Positions 17,713 through 26,760 of a DNA stretch of 64,000 nucleotides are shown in pieces. Below the pieces are notes generated by a model, which did not search any database, was not told the DNA's origin, and was given only the letters and a program-made list of their open reading frames with translations. Position numbers and translations under genes: made by a program. Source of the stretch: an uncultured Gammaproteobacteria bacterium (lineage in GTDB: Bacteria > Patescibacteriota > Microgenomatia > Daviesbacterales > UBA10151); assembly GCA_964392925.1 (NCBI GenBank), contig CAYMRP010000001.1, positions 229,585 to 293,584 on the forward strand, read 5' to 3'. The stretch's first letter is position 1, and each line of letters begins with the position of its first letter.

Positions 17713-18330
17713 ATGCGTAAATCATTAATCATTTTTCTTATTATTGGCGGTCTAGTAATCGGAATTGGAATTTTTAATAGCTTACTAAATTCCGGAGCAA
17801 TCGAGCTCAAACAGCAAACCATGCAAACCTCGGCTTCGGTACAGACCGAAAACTTAATTAATAACCCAGCACCGGAAGTTCTTAAGCCCGCTGTCTTTTC
17901 AATCCCTGAGCTAGGTTTAGAAAATATCGAAGTTGAATCAGTTGGTCTTGATAAAGATAGTAAAATGGATATCCCCGCAGATGAAAATAATGTTGCCTGG
18001 TATAATTTAGGCTCAAAACCAGGTGAAAGAGGCAATGCTGTAATAGCTGGCCATTTCGATAAGCGAAATGGGGAGCCGGCAGTTTTCTACGATATCAATA
18101 AACTTAAAGCCGGTGATGAAATTAAAGTTAAAGACATCGAGGGTAAAGAATTCACCTATCTAGTCACAGACTCAGTATCATACGAGCTGGCAGAATTCCC
18201 GTTAGTCGAAGTTTTTGGAGCTGGTGATAAAGCCCGCTTAAATCTTATAACTTGTGAGGGATCTTACGATAAGTCATCAAAATTATATTCTCATCGCCTT
18301 GTCGTTTATTCCGAGTTAAAACAAACCTAA
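17713..18330 (+). CDS. Sortase family transpeptidase
   Basis: An N-terminal TM anchor is followed by the catalytic triad motifs in order: NAVIAGH (His), LITCEG (TLxTC Cys) and YSHRLVVY (Arg). Confidence 0.8.
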   Translation: MRKSLIIFLIIGGLVIGIGIFNSLLNSGAIELKQQTMQTSASVQTENLINNPAPEVLKPAVFSIPELGLENIEVESVGLDKDSKMDIPADENNVAWYNLGSKPGERGNAVIAGHFDKRNGEPAVFYDINKLKAGDEIKVKDIEGKEFTYLVTDSVSYELAEFPLVEVFGAGDKARLNLITCEGSYDKSSKLYSHRLVVYSELKQT

Positions 18331-18448
18331 AATTATGAAACCATTTATACAATTCTGGATCGCTAAAATGATATTTAAATTAGTTTTAAGCTATTTTAAT
18401 CGTAAATACAAATCTTTCAATAGATAAGCTCCTGAATCTGTGTAATGC

Positions 18449-19243
18449 CTAGCGATTTCTCTCGTTACGTACGAATAGGTACGTCCCAGCGGACATCATA
18501 ATCACAAACAAAACCGAAATTATAAGTAAATCTAAAGCTGGGTGATATAAAACTACTGAGTCGTAATCAGGATGTCCCCAATAATAAAGTCCCCTAAAAA
18601 AATCAACCGCATAAGTCATTGGTGCCATTCTTGATAGGATCCAAATAGGCAGCGGCAATTCTTTGATTGGGTTAAAAACACCGGCGAGGAAAAATTGAGG
18701 AAATATTACGAAGGGAAATAATTGATTCGCGCTTCTTTGATTACCGATAGCTGCCATCACAAAAACTCCAAAGGCTCCACCTAATAAACAGGCTGCAAAT
18801 ACCGCTGGAAGCGAAATTAATAATTGATACAAAGTAATATCAATTGCAAAAAACAAAGCAATAAATAATCCAAATATCAAAACTCCAACTGCCTGAACCA
18901 TAGAGACCAGCGACTCTCCTAAAATTTTTCCAATAATTATTGAATATCTCGAAATAGGGGACACAAACATTTCCTGTGAAAAATCATTCTCCCTATCTTG
19001 AATTAGAGAAATAATACCAGCCGCAGTTGATTGAAATAAAGTTTGAGCGAGAACTCCGGTGAAAGTAAATGTTAAATAATTAAATTCTATAAATTTACCG
19101 ATATTAGATTGCAGACTAGTCCCCAGTGCTCCAATAAAAATTATTGGAAACACAAATGATATAAGTAATCTAAATCGATCCCGGATTAATTTTGTAAAAT
19201 CCCTCAGAGCAATCGTTAAAATAGCATTTAATTCTCGGGTCAT
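18449..19243 (-). CDS. ABC-2 type transporter permease
   Basis: The product has six TM segments and an ABC-2 family pattern. It overlaps the upstream ATPase gene by 4 bp. Confidence 0.8.
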   Translation of the reverse strand: MTRELNAILTIALRDFTKLIRDRFRLLISFVFPIIFIGALGTSLQSNIGKFIEFNYLTFTFTGVLAQTLFQSTAAGIISLIQDRENDFSQEMFVSPISRYSIIIGKILGESLVSMVQAVGVLIFGLFIALFFAIDITLYQLLISLPAVFAACLLGGAFGVFVMAAIGNQRSANQLFPFVIFPQFFLAGVFNPIKELPLPIWILSRMAPMTYAVDFFRGLYYWGHPDYDSVVLYHPALDLLIISVLFVIMMSAGTYLFVRNERNR

Positions 19244-20208
19244 TTAGTAGCCTCCTCTTTTTCAGAATCATTCTCAGATTGCTGATTAATAATATCTAAA
19301 TAAGCATCCTCCAAACTCGGCGTGTGAGTTCGAATACTTTTCAGTTCTGATTTAAGTCCAGCAATAAATTTTTGTATCTCTTTATTCTGAATGTGAATTC
19401 TAAATTCTTGCCCATCATCAAATTTAATTTTCTTTCGGTTCAATTCCTCAATTAAATTTTCTCTTTTAAATGGGTCGACAATTAAATAATCCCTTATTAA
19501 TCCTCTTTTAATCTGCTCTGGAGAACCATTGCGAATAATTTTTCCCTTATTAATAATACAAATTCTATCAGCCACTTCTGCTTCTTCTAAATAATGAGTA
19601 GTTAAAAAAACAGTCGTTTTTTCTTCGCCGATTATTTTTTTCAAATATTCCCAAAGATTCTTTCTAGCTTCCGGATCAAGACCAATTGTTGGTTCATCCA
19701 AAAATAATACTTTCGGTTTGTGCATCAAAGATCTAATTATTTCCAGTTTTCTTTTCATACCCCCGGAAAAAGATTTAACTGGTTTATACATATCTTTTTC
19801 CAGATTTAATACTCCTGATAATTCAACAAGTCGTTTTTTATATGATTCAGGCATCAAAGAATAAAGTGGTCTAAAAGGATAAAGTCCGTACAAAATTGCA
19901 TGAAATCTGATATTCTCTTCAGCTGTTAAATTTAAATCAAGCGACGGATTTTGAAAAATAATTCCAACGTTTCTTCTAACTTTTGCTGATTCTTTCTCAA
20001 TATCAAATCCGGCAATTTTCACCTCTCCTGAAGTCATCGATAACGTCGTGGTTAGTATCGAAATAGTTGTTGTTTTGCCTGCTCCGTTAGGTCCTAAAAA
20101 TGCAAAAAATTCACCCTCATTAACATCAAAATTCACCCCATCCACAGCATTTGTGTCTGCCTTTTTGTATCGTTTTATCAAATCTTTCACTGAAATTATG
20201 TTTGTCAT
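19240..20208 (-). CDS. ABC transporter ATP-binding protein
   Basis: Walker A (GPNGAGKTT), the signature LSGGMKRKL and Walker B (VLFLDEPTIGLD) are all present. Confidence 0.9.
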   Translation of the reverse strand: MTNIISVKDLIKRYKKADTNAVDGVNFDVNEGEFFAFLGPNGAGKTTTISILTTTLSMTSGEVKIAGFDIEKESAKVRRNVGIIFQNPSLDLNLTAEENIRFHAILYGLYPFRPLYSLMPESYKKRLVELSGVLNLEKDMYKPVKSFSGGMKRKLEIIRSLMHKPKVLFLDEPTIGLDPEARKNLWEYLKKIIGEEKTTVFLTTHYLEEAEVADRICIINKGKIIRNGSPEQIKRGLIRDYLIVDPFKRENLIEELNRKKIKFDDGQEFRIHIQNKEIQKFIAGLKSELKSIRTHTPSLEDAYLDIINQQSENDSEKEEATK

Positions 20209-20278
20209 ACAACCATTAATAATCTATTCAAATCTGAAACCATTTAACAATGAAGCAATGTGCTATAAAACAATTAAA

Positions 20279-21856
20279 CTACCCCAGCTTTTCTCTCTGA
20301 GTCCTAAGAAAGATAAACCATTGTTCGAAAAATCCAAAGATAACTTTAAAAGGAGTTTCAATAAATAAATCAAAGAAAAACAAGAAAACATTAATTTTAG
20401 AAATATTCTCTGTTAATCTTCTGCCGGCTTGAATAACCGGTACAAAGAAAAAGTCAAATAAAACTGAACCAAAACTATGCTTATCCGTTTGTAAAGAATA
20501 CATATGAGCTGTCTGATTAATGCGATAACAAATAAATGACACAATCATTAGGAAGAATATAAAAACACTTTGGCTAATAAATTTAAAATTAAGCCAGGTT
20601 AATAAATAAATAATAGTTCCCATCGAAAGAACTAATGCTGCTAGCCATAGAGCAATAAATATAAAGTTCATGACCGGATCAATTCGGGTGGCAGTTTTTC
20701 TCATTACCATTGGCTGCCAGGTATTCGCTCCAGATTCATAAATAATGGTTTTTATTTTATCCCAAATTCTCATTGAGTTTTCTCTATCTGGGGTCTTAAT
20801 AAATAATGCCGCTACAATCATTAACAAAGGCGGGAAAAGAGTATTAAGAGCAATCGAATTCCAATACACCTGACCGTAAATTAAGCTTTCAAAACTTCCT
20901 TCCACTCCCAGTCCGAAAATAGTTTTAGTCACTAAAATAAATATTACACCCCTGACAATAGCCCGGCTGACTTTTTCTCGGATATTATTATATTTTTTGG
21001 TACAGGTATTCATTACTGCCACTTTAAAGGATTCCATATTACCGACTAATTCCCGGTTCTTTCCCCGATGTTCTTTTAATATTTCTTCCAAGATATAGAA
21101 TGGAATTGATTGATTTTTAAAGAAAGTTAAAAATCTGTCTTTTAATGGATAATTTAGTTGATATTCAATCTGCTTCGAAGCCTCAACAAAACTCTCAGAT
21201 GCTTTTTCAATATTTTCCTCACTAAGCTGTCCAAAAATCTGTACAAACAAATGGTATCGCAAAAGTGGAATATCCTGGTGTGCGAATGTTCTTCTAACCG
21301 CCAAAAACACTTGTGCGTCGCGGGTTACAGTTGTGTCATCAGAGATAACGATCTTATCCTTAAAAAATTGAAACATAAAATTAGAAATAAGTTCCCGGTC
21401 TTTAGAAGGGGAGAGTACATTCTCAATCGCAGACGACATCAGGTGCAGCGTCCACTCATTCACCACGCCCTTATTAACTCGATGCTTTTTATTAACTTTA
21501 TCTTGAAGCTGCAGATAAAGCGTCATAGTTTTCTCTACTTTATCGGTGATGCTCTCTGGTATAGTTCCCTCTGGAAAATAACGAGCCCAAACTAATTCGC
21601 GGACTAAAGGCTCAGCCATTGATTTAGGATGTTCACCGAACATCATTCTCCGTTTAATAATTCTCTCTATGGCCGCTCTCAAAATTGCGTCATCATCCCG
21701 AAAATCCATCGCATTCCTGATTTTTTCGTACCAAGAAGCAACCTCAGAAACCACGGGATTAACCGAAATCATTTTGTCGTATGAATAAGTCTTGTCCTTA
21801 TCGAAGTGATTAATCAGATACTCAGATATCGGCGATAGTGTCTTTTGATTGTCCAT
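20279..21856 (-). CDS. Hypothetical protein with an about 330-aa cytoplasmic N-terminal domain and a C-terminal polytopic membrane domain
   Basis: The ORF is long and the C-terminal half carries about six hydrophobic helices. No motif was recognised. Confidence 0.5.
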   Translation of the reverse strand: MDNQKTLSPISEYLINHFDKDKTYSYDKMISVNPVVSEVASWYEKIRNAMDFRDDDAILRAAIERIIKRRMMFGEHPKSMAEPLVRELVWARYFPEGTIPESITDKVEKTMTLYLQLQDKVNKKHRVNKGVVNEWTLHLMSSAIENVLSPSKDRELISNFMFQFFKDKIVISDDTTVTRDAQVFLAVRRTFAHQDIPLLRYHLFVQIFGQLSEENIEKASESFVEASKQIEYQLNYPLKDRFLTFFKNQSIPFYILEEILKEHRGKNRELVGNMESFKVAVMNTCTKKYNNIREKVSRAIVRGVIFILVTKTIFGLGVEGSFESLIYGQVYWNSIALNTLFPPLLMIVAALFIKTPDRENSMRIWDKIKTIIYESGANTWQPMVMRKTATRIDPVMNFIFIALWLAALVLSMGTIIYLLTWLNFKFISQSVFIFFLMIVSFICYRINQTAHMYSLQTDKHSFGSVLFDFFFVPVIQAGRRLTENISKINVFLFFFDLFIETPFKVIFGFFEQWFIFLRTQREKLG

Positions 21857-21909
21857 CTCACTCTAAGATTACCATAAAACTATATGTCTGTGATATATTG
21901 TCCGTGCGT

Positions 21910-22896
21910 ATGAAAGTGTTGATAATCACCAGCGTCACCGGCGACACCAAAGGCATGTATAAGATTGATAAAAGTGACCTGAAGCAGATAAAAGAAACAG
22001 GGGCTGGCCTCAAAATTGAATCAATTACCGACCTTGATAAAAACATAAGTACAAAGATAAGCGAAGCTGAAATACTAGTTAGCTCAGATTTATCACTTTT
22101 AAACTCAGATAATACAAAAAATCTTAAATGGGTTCATATCACCTCAGCCGGCACCAATAAAGTCCCTGATTTTCTAAGAAAATCCAAAATAATAATTACT
22201 AATTCTTCCGGAGTCCATCCAATTCCAATTGCTGAACACGTTTTCGGTTTTATAATTATGTTATCCCGAAATATTCATAAATCATTACGGCAGCAAATAA
22301 CCTTTAAAAAATGGAGTCGTTCTTATGAGTATTTCCACCCCGAAGAGTTATCTGGCAAATCAATTTTAATAGTAGGTATGGGGAGAATTGGTGAAAAAAT
22401 TGCAGAAATCGCCAAAGTCTTCGGTATGGAAGTCACAGCCGTTGTTAGAAATCTGACTAAGAAAAGAAAGACATCTCTAAAGCTTTTTATATTAAAAGAT
22501 TTAGATAAAGCAGTTAGAACTGCCGATTTTGCAATTAATTGTCTTCCCGAAACTGATGAAACCAAAGATATTTTTGACAAAAAAATATTCAGTAAATTTA
22601 AGCAAACTGCTTATTTTATAAATATTGGCCGGGGAACAACAGTTGTTGAAAAGGATCTGGAAAATGCTCTAGAAAAAAATACCATTGCCGGAGCCGGTCT
22701 AGATGTCTTCGCAAAAGAGCCTCTGTCCTCTGACTCAAAATTATGGAATCTAGAAAACGTCATCATAACTCCTCATTACTCAGGTTGGACTCCAAATTAT
22801 ACAAAAAGAGTTCTCGATATATTCTGCATCAATCTAAAAGCCTATCTTCGAGGTAGTAAAATGCCAAATTTAATCAATAAAGAGCTAGGATACTAA
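21910..22896 (+). CDS. D-isomer-specific 2-hydroxyacid dehydrogenase family (NAD-binding)
   Basis: The Rossmann motif is GMGRIGEKIA. FINIGRGTTV and ITPHYSGWT are typical of the D-2-hydroxyacid dehydrogenase catalytic domain. The ORF track starts at 21838 with a non-ATG codon and overlaps the neighbouring gene, so I prefer the ATG at 21910 (MKVLIIT). Confidence 0.8.
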   Translation: MKVLIITSVTGDTKGMYKIDKSDLKQIKETGAGLKIESITDLDKNISTKISEAEILVSSDLSLLNSDNTKNLKWVHITSAGTNKVPDFLRKSKIIITNSSGVHPIPIAEHVFGFIIMLSRNIHKSLRQQITFKKWSRSYEYFHPEELSGKSILIVGMGRIGEKIAEIAKVFGMEVTAVVRNLTKKRKTSLKLFILKDLDKAVRTADFAINCLPETDETKDIFDKKIFSKFKQTAYFINIGRGTTVVEKDLENALEKNTIAGAGLDVFAKEPLSSDSKLWNLENVIITPHYSGWTPNYTKRVLDIFCINLKAYLRGSKMPNLINKELGY

Positions 22897-22897
22897 T

Positions 22898-22966
22898 GTC
22901 ATCCTGAACTTGATTCAGGATCCAGAAAATCTTAAATCTGGATTCCGTGTCAAGCACGGAATGACA
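22898..22966. repeat. Left arm of a mirror-symmetric triple stem-loop repeat flanking the GIY-YIG gene
   Basis: Three stem-loops in order: H1 atcctgaa/ttcaggat, H2 atccaga/tctggat, H3 attccgtg/cacggaat. The arm ends GGAATGACA immediately before the ATG. Confidence 0.6.
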
Positions 22967-22968
22967 AT

Positions 22969-23262
22969 ATGCAAAACAAAACCTACTTTGTTTATATCCT
23001 GGCGAGTCAGAGGAATGGCACTATTTACGTCGGAGTTACAAGTGATCTGAGACGAAGAGTTTGGGAGCATAAACACAATTTAGTCAAAGGATTTACCAAA
23101 GAATACAGCGTTCATGTTCTGGTTTATTATGAACAACACCAAGATATCGAAGAAGGAATTTTGAGAGAAAAGCAAATTAAAGCTTGGAAAAGAAAATGGA
23201 AGCTCGCCTTAATAGAAAATAATAATCCCGACTGGAAAGATTTATATAATGAAATATTCTAA
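22969..23262 (+). CDS. GIY-YIG nuclease domain protein (small, stand-alone)
   Basis: The N-terminus YFVYILASQRNGTIYVGVTSDLRRRVWEHK is the GIY-YIG motif. The 97-aa size is typical of stand-alone YhbQ-like GIY-YIG proteins. Confidence 0.85.
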   Translation: MQNKTYFVYILASQRNGTIYVGVTSDLRRRVWEHKHNLVKGFTKEYSVHVLVYYEQHQDIEEGILREKQIKAWKRKWKLALIENNNPDWKDLYNEIF

Positions 23263-23264
23263 AT

Positions 23265-23345
23265 GTCATTCCAGCGAAAGCTGGAATCCAGAAATACTAA
23301 TCTGGATCCTGAATCGAAGAGACTCCCTAGTGAGCGAGTTCAGGA
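23265..23345. repeat. Right arm of the mirror-symmetric triple stem-loop repeat (H3'-H2'-H1')
   Basis: The arm starts TGTCATTCC, the inverted copy of the left arm's terminal GGAATGACA. Three stem-loops follow: attccagc/gctggaat, atccaga/tctggat and tcctgaa/ttcagga. Confidence 0.6.
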
Positions 23346-23353
23346 TGAAAAAT

Positions 23354-24091
23354 CTAATTACCTACTGTAAAATACATTAAAGAGCTTTTTCTTCCGTCCT
23401 GAGTTGTTATCTGAAATCCGTATTGGGCTCTTGGAAGTGCTGGCAAATCAAATCTAATTTTGGATGAAGACCAATATTTGATTACACCCTTACCTGCTAA
23501 ACTTCCACCATTATAAATATCTATACTTCCGCGTCTTCCAAATTCCTGACCCTGAAAAGTTAATTCAAACTTTCCATTAACAGCCTTAATCGAATTAGAA
23601 TCCATGACCGGTTGTCCATTTTTAACGCTAAATTTCTCCTCTTCACTTTTTTGTCCATCCGACCTGATAATCTGTATTCTGTAAGATCCTTTTTTTAGCG
23701 CCGGTACTGCAGCTTTTATTTCGCTATTAGTCCAAGAAATAATTGTTGCCACTCCTGAAGAATAATTTTGATTGTAATATCTAAAATTGACCGATCCTGC
23801 ACTCCCAAAATTACTGCCGTAAATTGTAAATTCCTGCATATAATTGGCTGAGGCAGGCTCAATATCTAAAATTTCAAATTTGTTTGAAGCAGGAGTTGGG
23901 GTCGGGGTTGAAGTTGGAGACGAAGTTCCACTAGGTGTCTCGGATGGCTTTGGAGTTTTGGTCGGAAAAGGTTTTACTGAGGGAAAGCTCCCAAATCCAG
24001 GCCCAAAAGACGGAAAATCAACCGCCTTTGCAGAATTTTGAGTTGTTACAAAAGCCGATAAGATTATTAATAATACAATTAATTTAATCAT
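23354..24091 (-). CDS. Secreted protein with a PT-rich linker and two IPT/TIG-like Ig-fold domains
   Basis: A signal peptide and a TPKPSETPSGTSSPTSTPTPTP linker are followed by two repeats of the form EILDIEPASA..FTIYGSNFG and FELTFQGQEFG. Confidence 0.6.
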   Translation of the reverse strand: MIKLIVLLIILSAFVTTQNSAKAVDFPSFGPGFGSFPSVKPFPTKTPKPSETPSGTSSPTSTPTPTPASNKFEILDIEPASANYMQEFTIYGSNFGSAGSVNFRYYNQNYSSGVATIISWTNSEIKAAVPALKKGSYRIQIIRSDGQKSEEEKFSVKNGQPVMDSNSIKAVNGKFELTFQGQEFGRRGSIDIYNGGSLAGKGVIKYWSSSKIRFDLPALPRAQYGFQITTQDGRKSSLMYFTVGN

Positions 24092-24211
24092 AATTTTCTT
24101 GTCTTAGGAGTCGAAGATATCCATTTAAACATATCTATGAGCTCTGATCAATTCTCTCAAACTATATCAAAGACATATTTAAAAACTCAGCAATTTAGAA
24201 TATAATCACCT

Positions 24212-24898
24212 TTGATGAAATCAGAAGCCCTCAGGCACTTCAAATATCTTGACGTAATAACCGTCTTATTCGTCACATTTTTATTAATTTCTAATGTTGT
24301 CGCCTCAAAAATTCTTATGTTAGGGCCTTTAGCAATCGATGGTGGGGGACTGTTATTTCCCCTGACATATATTTTTGGCGATATTCTAACCGAAGTTTAT
24401 GGCTATAAAAGAACCCGTAAAGCTATTTGGCTTGGTTTAACCGCCAATCTTTTAATGGCTTCAGTCTTCATGTTAGTTGGTGTTCTACCCCCAGCCTCAG
24501 ATTGGCCAAATCAGGCAGCCTACATGGCAATCCTTGGTCAGTCCTCCCGAATAGTCTTAGCATCAGTCACCGCATATGCGGTCGGTGAATTTATTAATTC
24601 GTTTATTCTGGCAAAAATGAAAATTCTCACCAAAGGCAAATTTCTTTGGAGCCGGACAATTGGTTCGACGCTGGTAGGTGAAGCCTTCGATACCACAATT
24701 TTTATGTTTATCGCTTTTTGGGGCGTGTTACCTACAGATCTATTTATTTTAGTTGGAATCTCCGGTTATCTGCTCAAAATCGCAGTCGAAGTGCTCTTCA
24801 CACCTTTTACCTATCTAATAGTTAACTTCCTAAAGAAAAAAGAAAACGAAGACTACTACGATAATAAAACAAACTTTAATCCTTTTAGTTCAAAATAG
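24212..24898 (+). CDS. yhhQ: Queuosine precursor transporter (YhhQ / VUT family, DUF165)
   Basis: The segments LFPLTYIFGDILTEVYGYKRTRKAIWLG and FTPFTYLIVNFLKK closely match the YhhQ family. Confidence 0.85.
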   Translation: MMKSEALRHFKYLDVITVLFVTFLLISNVVASKILMLGPLAIDGGGLLFPLTYIFGDILTEVYGYKRTRKAIWLGLTANLLMASVFMLVGVLPPASDWPNQAAYMAILGQSSRIVLASVTAYAVGEFINSFILAKMKILTKGKFLWSRTIGSTLVGEAFDTTIFMFIAFWGVLPTDLFILVGISGYLLKIAVEVLFTPFTYLIVNFLKKKENEDYYDNKTNFNPFSSK

Positions 24899-24920
24899 AA
24901 TGAATGAAAGTTCTGAAGAC

Positions 24921-25232
24921 TTAGAAGCCGAATCCGCCGTGTTTTTTGATTAATTCTTCGGTTTCTTTTAATTTCTTTAAAGTTTTATCTTTAGTAGTTG
25001 TATTTATCTTAATTGTCTCTTTGTAGTATGCATTCCATTCTTTTTCAGTCAAAAGTGCATTATCTTCCTTGCCTTTTCCTTCTTTCCATTTCAAAACTTT
25101 AACTACAGTTTTAAACCAAAGTTCTCGTGCCTCTGATTTTTCATCAGACACAGCTTTCGATCTGGCACTTGCGCTTGCAGCATCAGCCGCTTTTGTGTCT
25201 TCTATTTTTAAATCATCACTTTTCGGATCCAT
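24921..25232 (-). CDS. Hypothetical small charged protein (103 aa)
   Basis: The ORF is clean and K/E-rich. No motif was recognised. Confidence 0.4.
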   Translation of the reverse strand: MDPKSDDLKIEDTKAADAASASARSKAVSDEKSEARELWFKTVVKVLKWKEGKGKEDNALLTEKEWNAYYKETIKINTTTKDKTLKKLKETEELIKKHGGFGF

Positions 25233-25317
25233 AATATTCTGTCAATTATACCAAGAAAAGCCTGTTATTTCAATCCTACTTGCTTGATGAGCTTGCACTA
25301 AGTGATAATATTAATAC

Positions 25318-26328
25318 ATGTCCGAGAAAACGGAATCCAATTCCGGAAGTCCAAGCTCGTCAATTCCAGATACCATTGTATCCAGGCGCAAGGTGCTTAT
25401 CGGCGGCGGTGCTACTATATTCGCTGCTGGTCTCGATGCAGTTCTACTCAAACAAGCACAGGCTGACACACTCGTTCCAACAACTCCTCCAGATTTTATT
25501 TCCGGAAATCCAGTTGAATCACATAAACCTTCGGCAATCCCAAATCTCGAGGCAGGTAGTAGAGCTTTTAGTCCGGATAAAAAGGAGCAAGTTATAGTAA
25601 CAGTGATTGATAGAAAAGTAAAAACTGCTGAAAATTTTCTTAGTCCATCTCCTGAAGGAAGTATTCCCAATGTGTCAGTTAATTTATCTCGCGTCTCTAA
25701 AGACTCTAGTGTAACTATTAAACCTCAGCCAGAAAATCCTAAAAAACCTGATATTAAAACCCCCGTCCTTAATGTGGATATGCCTGCCTCGCCGGATAAT
25801 GCTGATAAAACAGCCAGAGAATTAGCATTAGAAGCCGGAGCTCAACTCTCTTTACTAATTATTGAAAGCAACCGCTCCAAAGATTTACTTACCAATTTTG
25901 CATTGGGGTTTGGAAAATATACTAGGGTGAATCTATACGCATTCCAAAACGGTAGGTCAACTGAGGGGCAAATGGCCTATCTTTCAGATGCAGGCTATTT
26001 TCTCGATTTCCCTAATTATACCGGAGCCCCGCCCAACAATAATATCTTCACCCAAAGAGAAAATTTGACTGAAACTTTATTAATAAACTGTTTATCTATT
26101 TGGATGTCTGAATCAGACCAGCTCTCTCAAAAATTAAATCAGGCTCCATACCACACTCAAGCTCCGATGACAGACTTGTTTCTTTTTGGTTTAAAACTTT
26201 TAAGTGAGTGCGGCAATAACCCTGATGCATTTAAATCGCTAGGCATCAAAGAAAAAACCATGAACAATATTCTAAAATTAAGCGAAGATCCGGAATTAGT
26301 AAAATACTTTAAGCAAAAATATAAATAG
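25318..26328 (+). CDS. Hypothetical exported protein with a twin-arginine-like signal peptide
   Basis: The N-terminal stretch SRRKVLIGGGATIFAAGLDAVLLKQAQA is a Tat-motif-like S-R-R-x-V-L followed by an h-region and AxA. The mature part has no recognisable domain. The ORFs at 25280-25597 and 25311-25670 overlap it and are treated as spurious. Confidence 0.6.
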   Translation: MSEKTESNSGSPSSSIPDTIVSRRKVLIGGGATIFAAGLDAVLLKQAQADTLVPTTPPDFISGNPVESHKPSAIPNLEAGSRAFSPDKKEQVIVTVIDRKVKTAENFLSPSPEGSIPNVSVNLSRVSKDSSVTIKPQPENPKKPDIKTPVLNVDMPASPDNADKTARELALEAGAQLSLLIIESNRSKDLLTNFALGFGKYTRVNLYAFQNGRSTEGQMAYLSDAGYFLDFPNYTGAPPNNNIFTQRENLTETLLINCLSIWMSESDQLSQKLNQAPYHTQAPMTDLFLFGLKLLSECGNNPDAFKSLGIKEKTMNNILKLSEDPELVKYFKQKYK

Positions 26329-26338
26329 ACTTACTGTA

Positions 26339-26731
26339 TCATTCGCCAGTAATAACCTCTGGCAACTCTTCTCCTTCAGCTATAAATTTAATTGAAACTG
26401 AATTTACGCAGTGCCGCGTATTCTTATTAGTAATCCTTTCACCCTCAAACACATGTCCCAAATGCCCGCCGCAATTATTACATTGGATTTCCACTCTTGA
26501 TCCATCTGCGTCAGGTAATCTTTTTACAGCATCTGGAAAATTATCATCAAAAGCCGGCCAGCCGCAATGAGCATCAAATTTAGCTTTTGAGGTAAATAAT
26601 GGTAAGTTGCATTTCCGGCAGATAAAAGTTCCCGGAACATAAAAATCATCGTACTCTCCACTAAAAGGAGCTTCGGTCCCTTTTTCTTCTATAATCTGTT
26701 TTTCATCGTTCGTTAAAGGGTTATATTTCAT
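26339..26731 (-). CDS. msrB: Peptide-methionine (R)-S-oxide reductase MsrB
   Basis: Two CxxC zinc motifs (CRKCNLPLF, CNNCGGHLGHVF) and the catalytic RHCVNS are present. The ATG at 26731 (MKYNPLTNDEKQ) is the likely start. The ORF-track start at 26806 would overlap the divergent MFS gene. Confidence 0.85.
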   Translation of the reverse strand: MKYNPLTNDEKQIIEEKGTEAPFSGEYDDFYVPGTFICRKCNLPLFTSKAKFDAHCGWPAFDDNFPDAVKRLPDADGSRVEIQCNNCGGHLGHVFEGERITNKNTRHCVNSVSIKFIAEGEELPEVITGE

Positions 26732-26760
26732 ATTGTTACTATAATATAATACCCTTTCGT

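Noticed and set aside
18331-18448. A tiny 28-aa ORF (MKPFIQFWIAK...) in the convergent intergenic region between the sortase and ABC permease genes.
   Set aside because: It is too short with no ribosome-binding site. The region is more plausibly a terminator spacer.
25280-25670. Two mutually overlapping ORFs, 25280-25597 + and 25311-25670 -.
   Set aside because: Both overlap the 5' part of the well-supported 336-aa ORF 25318-26328, which has a proper signal peptide. They are low-complexity shadow frames.
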